Assembly (NCBI GenBank): GCA_964466435.1
Contig: CAYXQB010000001.1
Span: 1-38,328, forward strand
Direction: 5' to 3'
DNA length: 38,328 nt
Origin: an uncultured Flavobacteriaceae bacterium
GTDB lineage: Bacteria > Pseudomonadota > Alphaproteobacteria > Micropepsales > Micropepsaceae
In this document: positions 16,843-26,432 of the stretch, piece by piece
Layout of the letters: each line of letters starts with the position of its first letter
Position numbering within the stretch: position 1 is the stretch's first letter
The notes under the pieces: generated by a model
The model's database searches: none
Seen by the model: the letters and a program-made list of their open reading frames with translations, nothing else
What the model was told of the DNA's origin: nothing
Program-made: the position numbers and the translations under genes

Positions 16843-17444
16843 CAGTTCCCCATTGCCGCGCTCGGCACTCGTTCTGCTCGCAGGGACCTTGCGCGCGGCC
16901 ACTGGCTCTTCGTCAGCCTGAAATGCATGATCTTCACAGGCTCGCCGCCGCCGGCCGGCGCTTTGGTCGATGTATGCTCGTGCACCACGCCGTAGTCCGT
17001 CAGCACGCGAACGATGAGGCTGTTCGTCGACACGACGGAGCAGCGCATGGCCTCAAGACCCAAAGTGTCGAAGAAATACGCGTGCAGCGCCCATTGCGTT
17101 TCCTCGCGCGCGTCGAGACTGGCGCGCCCGCGTTCGCCGATCAGCACGTTGATCAGGAACTCCCGGTGCTTCCAATCGACGTAAACCTCCCAAAACCCGA
17201 TCATGCCACCGGATCCGCGCTCGAAGATGCCCAGGATGTGGGCCTTCACACGGTCGAAGTTCGCGAGGTAGTTGCGAATGTCGTCCACGCTCAGCGTCAA
17301 CGGCTTTGCGTTCAGCGTGCGCGTCTTCGCCGGATCGGCGAGCCACGCGGCCCATCTGAGAGTCACGTCACCGGGTTCGACCGTGCGCAAGATGAAGTGC
17401 GGTGTCTCAAGGCGGATCGTCCGGGGCGCTTGCGGCGCGGTCAT
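16842..17444 (-). CDS. GNAT-family N-acetyltransferase (RimJ/RimL-like)
   Basis: Start placed at MTAPQAPRTIRLETPHFILRTVEPGD. The L-x-T-x-R-L-x-L-R pattern and the later GFWEVY...INVLIGERG...EAMRCSVVSTN fit the Acetyltransf_3 type. The ORF is open up to 17519. Confidence 0.7.
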   Translation of the reverse strand: MTAPQAPRTIRLETPHFILRTVEPGDVTLRWAAWLADPAKTRTLNAKPLTLSVDDIRNYLANFDRVKAHILGIFERGSGGMIGFWEVYVDWKHREFLINVLIGERGRASLDAREETQWALHAYFFDTLGLEAMRCSVVSTNSLIVRVLTDYGVVHEHTSTKAPAGGGEPVKIMHFRLTKSQWPRARSLRAERVPSAAMGN

Positions 17445-17669
17445 GCTTGTCTCCGACTCACGGTGCAGTCGAAACCCTGCCGCCACAGGCCTGGCGGACG
17501 CAACGGCTGCGACCCACAACCCCTACGGTATCCTAGGCCTTCGCTCCCCTAGTGCGCGCCCCGCGGGCCCTGCTATAACCCCGGCCGCCGATGGGGTTGG
17601 GCGCTTTTGACGGGCGCCGTACCCGTCACTATCTGTTGGATCACCCCAACCACAACGAAGGAAGATCTC

Positions 17670-17987
17670 ATGAGCGAAATCGAACAAATCGCCGACGGCA
17701 TGCGCAAAGCGATCGGCGGCGGCAACTCGGGTCTGAACTCCACGCTGAAGTTCGACTTTGAAGGCCAGGGCAACATTTACATCGACGGCAAGTCGACCCC
17801 GAATACGGTCTCGACGGAAAACAAGCCGGCCGACTGCACGATCACCGTCTCGCTTGATACGTTCAAGAAGATGGTCTCGCGCGAACTCGACGGCACGACC
17901 GCCTTCATGCAGGGCAAGCTGAAAGTCGCCGGCGACATGTCGGTCGCCATGAAGCTGGGGCCGATCCTCGCCAAGGCCGCCGGCTAA
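17670..17987 (+). CDS. SCP2 sterol-binding domain protein
   Basis: Start at MSEIEQ, preceded by GAAGGAAG. TFKKMVSRELDGTTAFMQGKLKVAGDMSVAMKL is the classical SCP2 C-terminal motif. Confidence 0.8.
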   Translation: MSEIEQIADGMRKAIGGGNSGLNSTLKFDFEGQGNIYIDGKSTPNTVSTENKPADCTITVSLDTFKKMVSRELDGTTAFMQGKLKVAGDMSVAMKLGPILAKAAG

Positions 17988-17993
17988 TCAATC

Positions 17994-19004
17994 ATGGCCC
18001 CTGACGGGCCACTACCCGATCTGGTGACGGTGCCGGGCAATCCGGCACCGCCCGGCGCCGAAGTCGAGTGGTTGACACTCGGCGACGGCGTAAAGTTGCG
18101 CACCGCCCGCTGGATGCTGCCGGCGCACGACACCCACGGCACCGTGATTCTCATCGGCGGCCGTACCGAATTCATCGAGAAATACTTCGAAGTCGTGGGC
18201 GAGCTTTTGGCGCGCGGGCTTTCGGTCGTTACCTTCGACTGGCGCGGCCAAGGCCTATCGACACGTGCCCTGCCCGAGTCCACGAAGGGTCATGTCCGCG
18301 ACTTCTCCGAGTTCGACTCCGACCTCGCTGCCGTCATGAACCGCATCGTTCAAGAGAACGGCAAGAAGCCCTACATCGGTCTCGCCCACTCGATGGGCGG
18401 CAATGTTCTGCTGCGCTATCTGCACGACTTCCCGCACGAGTTCGATTGCGCGGTCCTCACCGCGCCGATGCTCGCCGTGAAGACGGCCCCGTATCCGCCC
18501 TGGTTCGCCCGCACCATGGCGACCGCATCGACCGCGGCGGGGCAGCACAACGCCTTCGTTTTCGGCGGCGCGAAGCAAGACCCGATGTCCCAGGCGTTCG
18601 AAACGAACGGCGTGACGACCGACCGGGGCCGCTTCGATCGCTTCATGTCTTGCCTCAAGGCCGAGCCGCGCCTCGCGTTGGGTGCACCCACGTTCGGGTG
18701 GCTCGAAGCCGCCTACCGTTCGATGGAACTGGTGGCGAGCGAAGAGTTCGCGCACGGCATCGAGACACCCGTCCTGCTCGTCGGTGCGGCACACGACCAG
18801 CTCGTCCATCCCGGCGCCGATATGACGCTGATCAAGCGGATCAAGCGCGGCATGTACGTGATGCTGAAGGCCGAGCACGAAATCATGATGGAACGCGACG
18901 AAATCCGCATGGCGTTTTGGGCCTGCTTCGATCCGTTCGTGCGAGGGCTGACGCTCGTCGCTCAGCGCAACGCGCCGCCCAAGACCTCGATAACCGCGGC
19001 GTGA
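17994..19004 (+). CDS. Alpha/beta hydrolase, lysophospholipase / monoacylglycerol-lipase-like
   Basis: 336 aa. GTVILIGGRTEFIEKYFEVVGELLARGLSVVTFDWRGQGLS and a nucleophile elbow AHSMGG. Confidence 0.8.
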   Translation: MAPDGPLPDLVTVPGNPAPPGAEVEWLTLGDGVKLRTARWMLPAHDTHGTVILIGGRTEFIEKYFEVVGELLARGLSVVTFDWRGQGLSTRALPESTKGHVRDFSEFDSDLAAVMNRIVQENGKKPYIGLAHSMGGNVLLRYLHDFPHEFDCAVLTAPMLAVKTAPYPPWFARTMATASTAAGQHNAFVFGGAKQDPMSQAFETNGVTTDRGRFDRFMSCLKAEPRLALGAPTFGWLEAAYRSMELVASEEFAHGIETPVLLVGAAHDQLVHPGADMTLIKRIKRGMYVMLKAEHEIMMERDEIRMAFWACFDPFVRGLTLVAQRNAPPKTSITAA

Positions 19005-19780
19005 AGCCGGGCATCGCCGCAAGCGACCACCTGTCCACCGTTTATCGCAGGCTTACCGTCCCACGTGGTGATGACACCGCCCGCGTTCTCGACGATCGGG
19101 ATCAAAGCCTGCACATCCCAGGCCTTCAGCGTTGCCTCGACGATCACGTCGATGAAGCCCATCGCAAGTAACCCGTAGGCATAGCAATCGCCGCCGAACC
19201 GCGTCAGCCGCGTTTGATCGGCCAACTGCCAAAACACGCGCTGCTCGCCCTCGTCGAAATAGCCGACCGGCGACGTCGTCGAAAGCACGGCTTCTTTCAA
19301 CGACCCGCACGCTCGGGCCTGCAAACGGCTATGGCGGCCTTGCGCATCGCGAAACGTACTCTCGCCGCTCGCGCCGACCCAGCGCTCGCGCGTGTACGGC
19401 TGATCGAGCACGCCCAAGACCGGCCGCGCGCCGTCGTTGAGCGCGATCAGTGTTCCCCATTGCGCCATCCCGCACATGAAGGCGCGCGTGCCGTCGATCG
19501 GATCGAGCACCCATGTGAGTGCCGATGTCCCAGGCTCGTGCCCATGCTCCTCGCCAAGGATTCCGTGTGAAGGATAGCGCCGCTTGATTGCGGCACGGAT
19601 CGCCGTTTCGGCTTCGCGATCGGCCTCGGTAACCGGATCGAAGCCGCCATCGCCATGCTTGTTGTGAACGGCGATGCGCTCGCGAAAGTGCGGCAAGATC
19701 GTGCGGCCCGACAGGTCGGCGAGTTCGCCCGAAAACGTCGCAAACTCGGCGATCTGATCGTTCGTAAGGGATGCGGTCAT
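18962..19780 (-). CDS. Inositol-monophosphatase-family phosphatase, HisN (histidinol-phosphatase)-like
   Basis: DPVTEADREAE, WVLDPIDGTRAF, QWGTLIAL and WDVQALIPIVENAGG. Start placed at MTASLTNDQ (19780). The 3' end overlaps the convergent hydrolase gene by 43 nt. Confidence 0.75.
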   Translation of the reverse strand: MTASLTNDQIAEFATFSGELADLSGRTILPHFRERIAVHNKHGDGGFDPVTEADREAETAIRAAIKRRYPSHGILGEEHGHEPGTSALTWVLDPIDGTRAFMCGMAQWGTLIALNDGARPVLGVLDQPYTRERWVGASGESTFRDAQGRHSRLQARACGSLKEAVLSTTSPVGYFDEGEQRVFWQLADQTRLTRFGGDCYAYGLLAMGFIDVIVEATLKAWDVQALIPIVENAGGVITTWDGKPAINGGQVVACGDARLHAAVIEVLGGALR

Positions 19781-19825
19781 CGCGCGCACAGTCGCGGACC
19801 GCATCGCCTCATGTCAACGAACGTC

Positions 19826-20236
19826 TTAGGCGCGTGGCGATGGAGCTTCCGCTGCGCCGCTCAAAGCCTTTGCGAGTTCGAGCAGCCTGCGCCGCGGTCC
19901 CTCGTCCAAGCCGTAGTAGGCGCGCACCAAATCCATCGTCTCTTTGTTCTGCAACAGACCGTCGTCGGCACCCGCCGCCGCGTCTTTGTCGCCCGCTAGT
20001 CCTTCGAAGAAGAAGGACACCGGCATGTCCAGAGCGCGCGCCAAATCCCAGAGGCGCGACGCCGAGATTCGGTTTGCACCGCTCTCGTATTTCTGAATCT
20101 GCTGGAAGCGGATACCCACCGCGAGTGCCAACTGTTGTTGAGTCATTCCCAGGAGCCAGCGGCGATGACGCACGCGCTGGCCAATATGCAAATCGACCGG
20201 GTTCTTCACGAGCCTTCCCCCAATGCTTCGCGACAA
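19826..20236 (-). CDS. XRE-family helix-turn-helix transcriptional regulator
   Basis: 136 aa. HIGQRVRHRRWLLGMTQQQLALAVGIRFQQIQKYESGANRISASRLWDLARAL is a canonical Cro/C1 HTH. Confidence 0.8.
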   Translation of the reverse strand: MSRSIGGRLVKNPVDLHIGQRVRHRRWLLGMTQQQLALAVGIRFQQIQKYESGANRISASRLWDLARALDMPVSFFFEGLAGDKDAAAGADDGLLQNKETMDLVRAYYGLDEGPRRRLLELAKALSGAAEAPSPRA

Positions 20237-20439
20237 CCGGACCGTGCCGGTTTCGAACTAATCCAACTTTAAGTCTAATCCTCGTCGGTGCAACCAAAAG
20301 TTGGCTGCCAACGCCGGTCGCCACCGTGCCCAGAGAATTGAGCAAAAGCAATCGCTTAGCTGATACAACTCAGGTGTTCCGGTTGCAAAAATACCAGTGG
20401 AACGTGCAAATCGCCCACACTGTTGCAAAAAGGGAACCG

Positions 20440-22278
20440 TTACGTCTCCGAAGCGCTAGCCTTCGCGTATTTTTTGCGGTCATTCGGGTCGAGCCAACGC
20501 TTGCGCAGGCGGATCGACTTTGGGGTGACCTCGACCAGTTCGTCGTCCCCGATATAGGCGATGGCCTGCTCCAACGTCAGCAGCTTCGGAGGCGTTAACC
20601 GAACCGCTTCGTCCTTGCCGGACGCGCGGAAATTGGTGAGCTGCTTGGCTTTCAGCGCGTTGACGTCCAGGTCGTTCTCCCGGCTGTGCTCGCCGATGAT
20701 CATCCCCTGATAGACCTTGGTGCCGGATTCGATGAACATGAAGCCGCGCTCTTCAAGGTACCAAAGCGCATAGGTCTGCGCCTCGCCGTCGCGATCCGCG
20801 ATCAGAACGCCGACGCGGCGCCCCTCGATATTGCCGCGATGCGGGCCGAATTGATGGAACACGCGGTTCATGATCCCGGTGCCGCGCGTGTCGGTCAGGA
20901 ATTGGCCGTGATAGCCGATCAAGCCGCGCGCCGGCGCGTAGAACGTGAGACGCGTCTTGCCGCCGCCGGACGGGCGCATGTCCGTCATCTCGCCTTTGCG
21001 ATTGCTCATCGCCTCGATCACGACGCCGGAATAGGCATCGTCCACGTCGATCGTCACTTCCTCGATCGGCTCAAGCTTCTCGCCCTTTTCGCCCTCGCGG
21101 AACAGCACGCGCGGCCGCGAAATCGAAAGCTCGAAACCCTCGCGCCGCATCGTCTCGATCAAGACGCCAAGCTGCAGCTCGCCGCGCCCCGCCACTTCGT
21201 AAGCGTCGGCGTTTTCGGTTTCCTTCACCTTGATCGTGACGTTGCTCTCGGCCTCGCGGAACAAGCGTTCGCGAATGACGCGGCTCTGAACCTTTTGCCC
21301 CTCGCGGCCCGCATAGGGGGAATCGTTGATGCCTAGCGTAATCGCGATCGTCGGCGGATCGATCGGATTGGCCGGGATCGGCGCGGAAACGTCCGGATCG
21401 CACAGCGTATCGGCGACCGTCGCCTCGACGAGACCCGCAATCGCCACGATGTCGCCCGCACCGGCTTCGTCGACCGGAACGCGCTGAAGCCCGCGGAAAG
21501 CCAGCACTTTTGTGATGCGTCCGCGCTCGACAAGCGAGCCGTCGCGCGACAGAGCCTTGATCGTGCGGTTCGCCTGCACGATGCCGGACTCGATCCGCCC
21601 CGTCAGAATACGCCCCAGATAAGGGTCGGCCTGCATCACCCGCACCAGCATCGAGAACGGCTGATCCGCTGTCGCCTTCGCGGCGATGGCGGGCGGCGGC
21701 ACGTGCGAAATGATCGTCTCGAACAGCGGCGTTAAGTCTTTGCGCTCGTCCTTCTCCAGATCGCGCACCGCCCACCCCGAACGCCCGCTCGCATAAAGCG
21801 TCGGGAAGTCCAACTGGTCGTCGTTCGCATCGAGCACGGCGAAGAGGTCGAAGACGTCCGTGTGAATCTCGTGCGCCCGCGCGTCCTGCCGGTCGATCTT
21901 GTTGACGACGACGATGGGCTTAAGGCCCAGCTTCAGCGCCTTTGAGGTCACGAACTTCGTCTGCGGCATCGCGCCTTCGGCGGCGTCCACCAGCAGAACC
22001 ACGCCGTCCACCATCGACAGGATGCGCTCCACCTCGCCGCCGAAGTCGGCGTGGCCGGGCGTGTCGATGATGTTGATCCGCGTACCCCGCCACTCGACGC
22101 TTGTGCATTTGGCAAGGATCGTGATCCCGCGCTCGCGCTCGAGTTCGTTCGAATCCATGGCGCGCTCGGCCACCTGCTGATTCTCGCGGAACGTTCCGCT
22201 TTGCTTCAGCAGCTGATCGACGAGGGTCGTCTTCCCATGGTCGACATGGGCGATAATGGCGATATTGCGCAGGTTCAT
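20440..22278 (-). CDS. typA: Translational GTPase TypA/BipA
   Basis: 612 aa. [31 protein letters not shown] and NKID G-motifs, full-length BipA architecture. Confidence 0.95.
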   Translation of the reverse strand: MNLRNIAIIAHVDHGKTTLVDQLLKQSGTFRENQQVAERAMDSNELERERGITILAKCTSVEWRGTRINIIDTPGHADFGGEVERILSMVDGVVLLVDAAEGAMPQTKFVTSKALKLGLKPIVVVNKIDRQDARAHEIHTDVFDLFAVLDANDDQLDFPTLYASGRSGWAVRDLEKDERKDLTPLFETIISHVPPPAIAAKATADQPFSMLVRVMQADPYLGRILTGRIESGIVQANRTIKALSRDGSLVERGRITKVLAFRGLQRVPVDEAGAGDIVAIAGLVEATVADTLCDPDVSAPIPANPIDPPTIAITLGINDSPYAGREGQKVQSRVIRERLFREAESNVTIKVKETENADAYEVAGRGELQLGVLIETMRREGFELSISRPRVLFREGEKGEKLEPIEEVTIDVDDAYSGVVIEAMSNRKGEMTDMRPSGGGKTRLTFYAPARGLIGYHGQFLTDTRGTGIMNRVFHQFGPHRGNIEGRRVGVLIADRDGEAQTYALWYLEERGFMFIESGTKVYQGMIIGEHSRENDLDVNALKAKQLTNFRASGKDEAVRLTPPKLLTLEQAIAYIGDDELVEVTPKSIRLRKRWLDPNDRKKYAKASASET

Positions 22279-22454
22279 CGGGGATTTCGTGATTGGCGCT
22301 CAAAGAGCGCGTGAGCGCGGCGTATAGCCACTGGTCGGACCCCCGGCCAGGCGCGCCACCCGCGCGAAAAGCCGCGCCCTTCACACAATGGTAACGGCTT
22401 CGGGGGGCGATTCTTAAGCGCTTGGGCCTAGTGTTTCCGTCAGGAACGCGCGAA

Positions 22455-23852
22455 ATGACACTCATCCCGCCTTCGCCGCTGGCATACGAGCCTGACCGCT
22501 GGCTCAAAGCGCGACTCGACCTCATTGTCGCGTCGCTGCCCGTGGGCGCGTTCTTGAACCCGATTTGGGCGGCACTGTTCCTCATGCCTTTCGGCGGCGC
22601 ATTTCCGGCATTCGGCGTCGTGCCCATGCCGGCGCTGCTGGCGGTTGTCGCGCTTCATTTCGTGACGTCGGCGCTGGCGCTCGCGATCCACGCATGGTCC
22701 CCGGGGCGAGAGGTCTCACCACGCCGTCTGCTTGCGATGCTGCTGACGTTTCAGGTTATTGCAGGCATCACTTGGGGGCTGACGGCCCTGTTGTGCTGGG
22801 TGGAAGGCAACGACGCAAACAACACGCTCGTCACACTCGTCATCGTCGCCAACATGTGGGCTCTGGTCCTCACCCGCGGCTACCTCGCTTCGATGTTCGC
22901 CGTCGGACTTGTCACGCTCCTCGCTTCGATCTGGACGCTGTCGCTCTTCAGCAATGGCCAAGCGTCGGCGTTGTTCGTCATCATCACCCCGGTCTTTGCG
23001 GCCTATGCCTGGCTCATGGGGGCCTCGTCGCGCGAGCGGGTGAATCAACTCTTGAGCACCCGCTTTGCGCAAGAGGACACCGCGGCTGCCCTCGAAGCTG
23101 CACGCGCGATTGCGGTCGCCAAGACGCAGCAGGTCGAGGCGGCCAGCGCGTCCAAGTCCGCCTTCGTCGCCAACATGAGCCACGAGCTGAGAACGCCGCT
23201 AAACGCGATTCTGGGCTTTGCCGAAATGATCGAGGCGGCCGCCGTCGGTCCCGACATTTCGCAACAGTATCGAGGCTACGGCCGCGACATCCGCGAATCC
23301 GGCAGTTATCTGCTTTCGCTCGTCAACGACATCCTCGATGTCGCCAAGATCGAAGCGGGCAGGATGGAACTCGATCGTCAGTATCTGGACGGCCGTGCTG
23401 CCGTCGAAAGCGCGCTACGCCTCATCGCTCAGCGCGCCGAGATGAAGGGCCAAACGCTGCTGGCGAAGGTCGGCGACGACGCAACACCGTTCGCCGACGA
23501 GCGGGCGTTCAAGCAGATCCTCGTCAATCTTCTGTCGAACGCGGTGAAATTCTCGCCTCAAGGCGGTGCTATCGACGTCGCCTGCCTGCGGCTGGCCGAC
23601 GGCGGCGTGCGTGTGTCGGTGGGCGACACAGGTCCCGGAATTCCGGAAGATAGGGTGGCGCAGCTATTCCGTCCGTTCGAGCGCGTCGACAACAGCTATC
23701 AACGCGGCGCGGGCGGTACGGGTTTGGGCCTTGCACTCGTGCGCGGCCTCGTAAGCCTTCACGGCGGCCGCGCCTGGGTCGAAAACAAGAAGACCGGCGG
23801 GCTCGTTGCCCATGTCGAACTGCCCGGCCGCGAAGTCCGCGCGGCCGCGTAA
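22455..23852 (+). CDS. Membrane-bound sensor histidine kinase (HisKA + HATPase_c)
   Basis: About 5-6 N-terminal TM helices. H-box FVANMSHELRTPLNAILGF, N-box LVNLLSNAVKFSP and G-boxes DTGPGI / GGTGLGLAL. Start uncertain (ATG at 22455 or TTG at 22422). Its stop lies 2 nt from the convergent carbonic anhydrase stop. Confidence 0.85.
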   Translation: MTLIPPSPLAYEPDRWLKARLDLIVASLPVGAFLNPIWAALFLMPFGGAFPAFGVVPMPALLAVVALHFVTSALALAIHAWSPGREVSPRRLLAMLLTFQVIAGITWGLTALLCWVEGNDANNTLVTLVIVANMWALVLTRGYLASMFAVGLVTLLASIWTLSLFSNGQASALFVIITPVFAAYAWLMGASSRERVNQLLSTRFAQEDTAAALEAARAIAVAKTQQVEAASASKSAFVANMSHELRTPLNAILGFAEMIEAAAVGPDISQQYRGYGRDIRESGSYLLSLVNDILDVAKIEAGRMELDRQYLDGRAAVESALRLIAQRAEMKGQTLLAKVGDDATPFADERAFKQILVNLLSNAVKFSPQGGAIDVACLRLADGGVRVSVGDTGPGIPEDRVAQLFRPFERVDNSYQRGAGGTGLGLALVRGLVSLHGGRAWVENKKTGGLVAHVELPGREVRAAA

Positions 23853-23854
23853 GG

Positions 23855-24505
23855 CTAACGCACGGCGACCCATTCGCCGCTTTCGCGATCGAGGCGCGTC
23901 AGGCGACCGACTTCGAAATCGAAGTGCATCCCGTGAATCTTCAGCTTCCCATCTTCCATGCGTTCGCGCACCCAGGGGTAGCCTGAAAGATTCATGATGC
24001 TGTTCTGGATGACCGCCTGTTCGGACACGCGCCGCCTTTCCGCTTCGCCAAGACTGTTGAAATTTGGCGGCAACAACTTGCGCGCGGGGGCTGCGATTTC
24101 GACCCAAGGCTTCAGGTAGTCGTTGTCGGGCAATCCATCGCCGTTGTTGATCAGCGCATGCACGCCGCCGCACCGCGCATGGCCCTTGATCACGATATCG
24201 GTGACGTTGAGGACCTTGACGGCGTATTCGACCGCCGCGCCGATCGAACGCGGCCCGCCGTCTGGATGGTATGGCGGCACGATGTTGGCGATGTTGCGCG
24301 CCACGAAAATGGCACCGGGCGGTGTCGTGAACACGATATCGGGCGACACGCGGCTATCGGAACACGAAATGATCAAAACTTTCGGCGTCTGTCCCCTCGC
24401 AGCAAGCCGCTTATAGTGCTGTCGCTGCTCTGCAAACGTCGTGCGTTGGAACGTCCGGTAGCCTTCGATCAGCCGGTCGATCGGTTTTGTATTCCAGAGA
24501 TGCAT
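23855..24505 (-). CDS. Beta-class carbonic anhydrase
   Basis: 216 aa. Zinc ligand motifs ISCSDSR and GHARCGG. Confidence 0.9.
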   Translation of the reverse strand: MHLWNTKPIDRLIEGYRTFQRTTFAEQRQHYKRLAARGQTPKVLIISCSDSRVSPDIVFTTPPGAIFVARNIANIVPPYHPDGGPRSIGAAVEYAVKVLNVTDIVIKGHARCGGVHALINNGDGLPDNDYLKPWVEIAAPARKLLPPNFNSLGEAERRRVSEQAVIQNSIMNLSGYPWVRERMEDGKLKIHGMHFDFEVGRLTRLDRESGEWVAVR

Positions 24506-24672
24506 TCGGTCCCCTCAAGCGAGCCGCAAGTGCCTAAGCGACTCGGCGTTTGCGGGCAACAGATGGTCGCAAATTCCATGCAAACCATCACCGAGTTGCA
24601 ACACGGAAACGAGATTCAGTCGCCCATGCGCGGGGCATGCACCCTTTCAGAATTACACTTCGTCATTGTGGA

Positions 24673-26376
24673 TTATTGCGGCTTAGCTTTGGCGATGGCC
24701 GCGAGAGCCTTCTGAAGATTTTTTGCGATCAGGACTGAAGGCTTCTGCGTCAACCCGAGCGCTTTGATCACCGCTTCCACGTCGGGTTGGACGTTCGACA
24801 GAACAGTCAGCGTGCCGCGTCGCGCCGCATCGTCGATGAATTTCTCGAGCGCGGCAACGCCGGATGCATCGATCAGCGGCACGTTGCCCATGCGCAGGAT
24901 GAACGCCTTGGGCGGAGCGCGCAGCCGTTCGAGCACGTCGCCAAGGCGAGCCGCGGCACCGAAGAAGAACGGCCCGTCGATGCGGAAGACTTCCACGTCG
25001 CTGGGGATGTCGGTTCGCCGCTCGTAAACGGAACGTTCGCGCGAGAAGTCGTCGAGATCGTCGTCGATGACCTTCGCCGTCGCCGAAATTTCGACGGCGT
25101 TCGCCATGCGATGCATGAAGAACAGAGCCGCCAAAACGACGCCGATCTCGATGGCGGTCGTGAGGTCCGTAAGCAGCGTCAGCACGAACGTCGTCAGAAG
25201 CACGGCGCGATCGGCCGGTGGGGCCTTCATCAAGTGCCGGAAGTTCTTGATCTCGGCCATGTTCCACGCGACGACGACGAGAACCGCGCCCAGACTTGCG
25301 AGCGGCACGAAGCTCGCAAGCGGCGCGAGCACAAGCAGGAACAGCAGCAGAAAGAGCGCGTGCGTGATGCCGGCGACCGGCGAATAGGCACCGGCACGGA
25401 TGTTCGTCGCCGTACGCGCGATGGCGCCGGTTGCGGGAATCCCGCCGCACAGCGATGACGCGACATTGGCCACGCCCTGCGCGACGAGTTCGAGGTTCGA
25501 CCGGTGCCGCCGCCCGGTCATGCCGTCGGCGACGACCGCCGACAACAGCGACTCGACGCCTGCCAGAAAGGCGATCGTGAAGGCGGAGGGCAGAAGCTCG
25601 CGCACCCGCGCCAACGTGATCTCGGGAAGCGCCGGCATCTGCAGCGTGGTGGGTAGTTCGCCGAACCGCGAACCGATCGTGGCGGCCGGAAGATTGAGCG
25701 CCCAGACGCAAACGGCGCCGATCACGATGGAGAGCAGAAACATCGGCCACTGCGGCCGCCAGAGACGGCACGCGATGATGATGGCAAGCGACGTCATGGC
25801 GACGGCAAAGGTCGCCGGCTCGAACGTGCCGAGCGCTGCCGAGTAGGTGATCCATTTCTCCACGAAGTCGCCGGGATTGTGATCGAGCCGAAGCCCCAGG
25901 ACCTCCGCGACTTGGCTCGTGAAGATGATCAGCGCGATCCCGCTCGTGAACCCTGTGACGACGGGCGTCGGCACGTATTTGACGAATGTGCCGAGCTTCG
26001 CGAACCCCGCCAGGATCAGCATGAAACCCGCCATCAGCGTCGCGATGACGAGACCGTCATAGCCGTGCACCGCGATCACGTTGAAGACGACGACGACGAA
26101 AGCGCCCGTCGGCCCGCCGATCTGAAAGCGGCTCCCGCCGAGTGCGGAGATCAAGAACCCGGCAACGATCGCGGTGTAGAGCCCGCGGTCGGGCGTCGTG
26201 TTGCTGGCAACGGCCAGCGCCATCGAAAGCGGCAGTGCGACGATGGCGACCGTAAGGCCCGCAACGACATCGGCCCGGAAGCGCGCAAGGTCGTAGCCCT
26301 CCTGAAGCACGGTCACGAGCTTCGGCACGTAGAGCCGCCAATACGGAGCGCGCGCGCCAGCCACCTCTTGGGTCAT
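24673..26376 (-). CDS. SulP-family anion transporter with C-terminal STAS domain
   Basis: 567 aa polytopic protein. SulP-type core plus a STAS tail (VEVFRIDGPFFFGAA...FILRMGNVPLIDASG). Confidence 0.9.
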   Translation of the reverse strand: MTQEVAGARAPYWRLYVPKLVTVLQEGYDLARFRADVVAGLTVAIVALPLSMALAVASNTTPDRGLYTAIVAGFLISALGGSRFQIGGPTGAFVVVVFNVIAVHGYDGLVIATLMAGFMLILAGFAKLGTFVKYVPTPVVTGFTSGIALIIFTSQVAEVLGLRLDHNPGDFVEKWITYSAALGTFEPATFAVAMTSLAIIIACRLWRPQWPMFLLSIVIGAVCVWALNLPAATIGSRFGELPTTLQMPALPEITLARVRELLPSAFTIAFLAGVESLLSAVVADGMTGRRHRSNLELVAQGVANVASSLCGGIPATGAIARTATNIRAGAYSPVAGITHALFLLLFLLVLAPLASFVPLASLGAVLVVVAWNMAEIKNFRHLMKAPPADRAVLLTTFVLTLLTDLTTAIEIGVVLAALFFMHRMANAVEISATAKVIDDDLDDFSRERSVYERRTDIPSDVEVFRIDGPFFFGAAARLGDVLERLRAPPKAFILRMGNVPLIDASGVAALEKFIDDAARRGTLTVLSNVQPDVEAVIKALGLTQKPSVLIAKNLQKALAAIAKAKPQ

Positions 26377-26432
26377 GACATCCTCAAATCACACGGCAAT
26401 GCTGTAGTATGCGCTAGTAACGCACGAACACG

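Noticed and set aside
16479-17552. 357-aa plus-strand ORF spanning the end of OMP paralog 3 and the GNAT gene
   Set aside because: It crosses a strong terminator and is antisense to the GNAT frame. It has no motifs.
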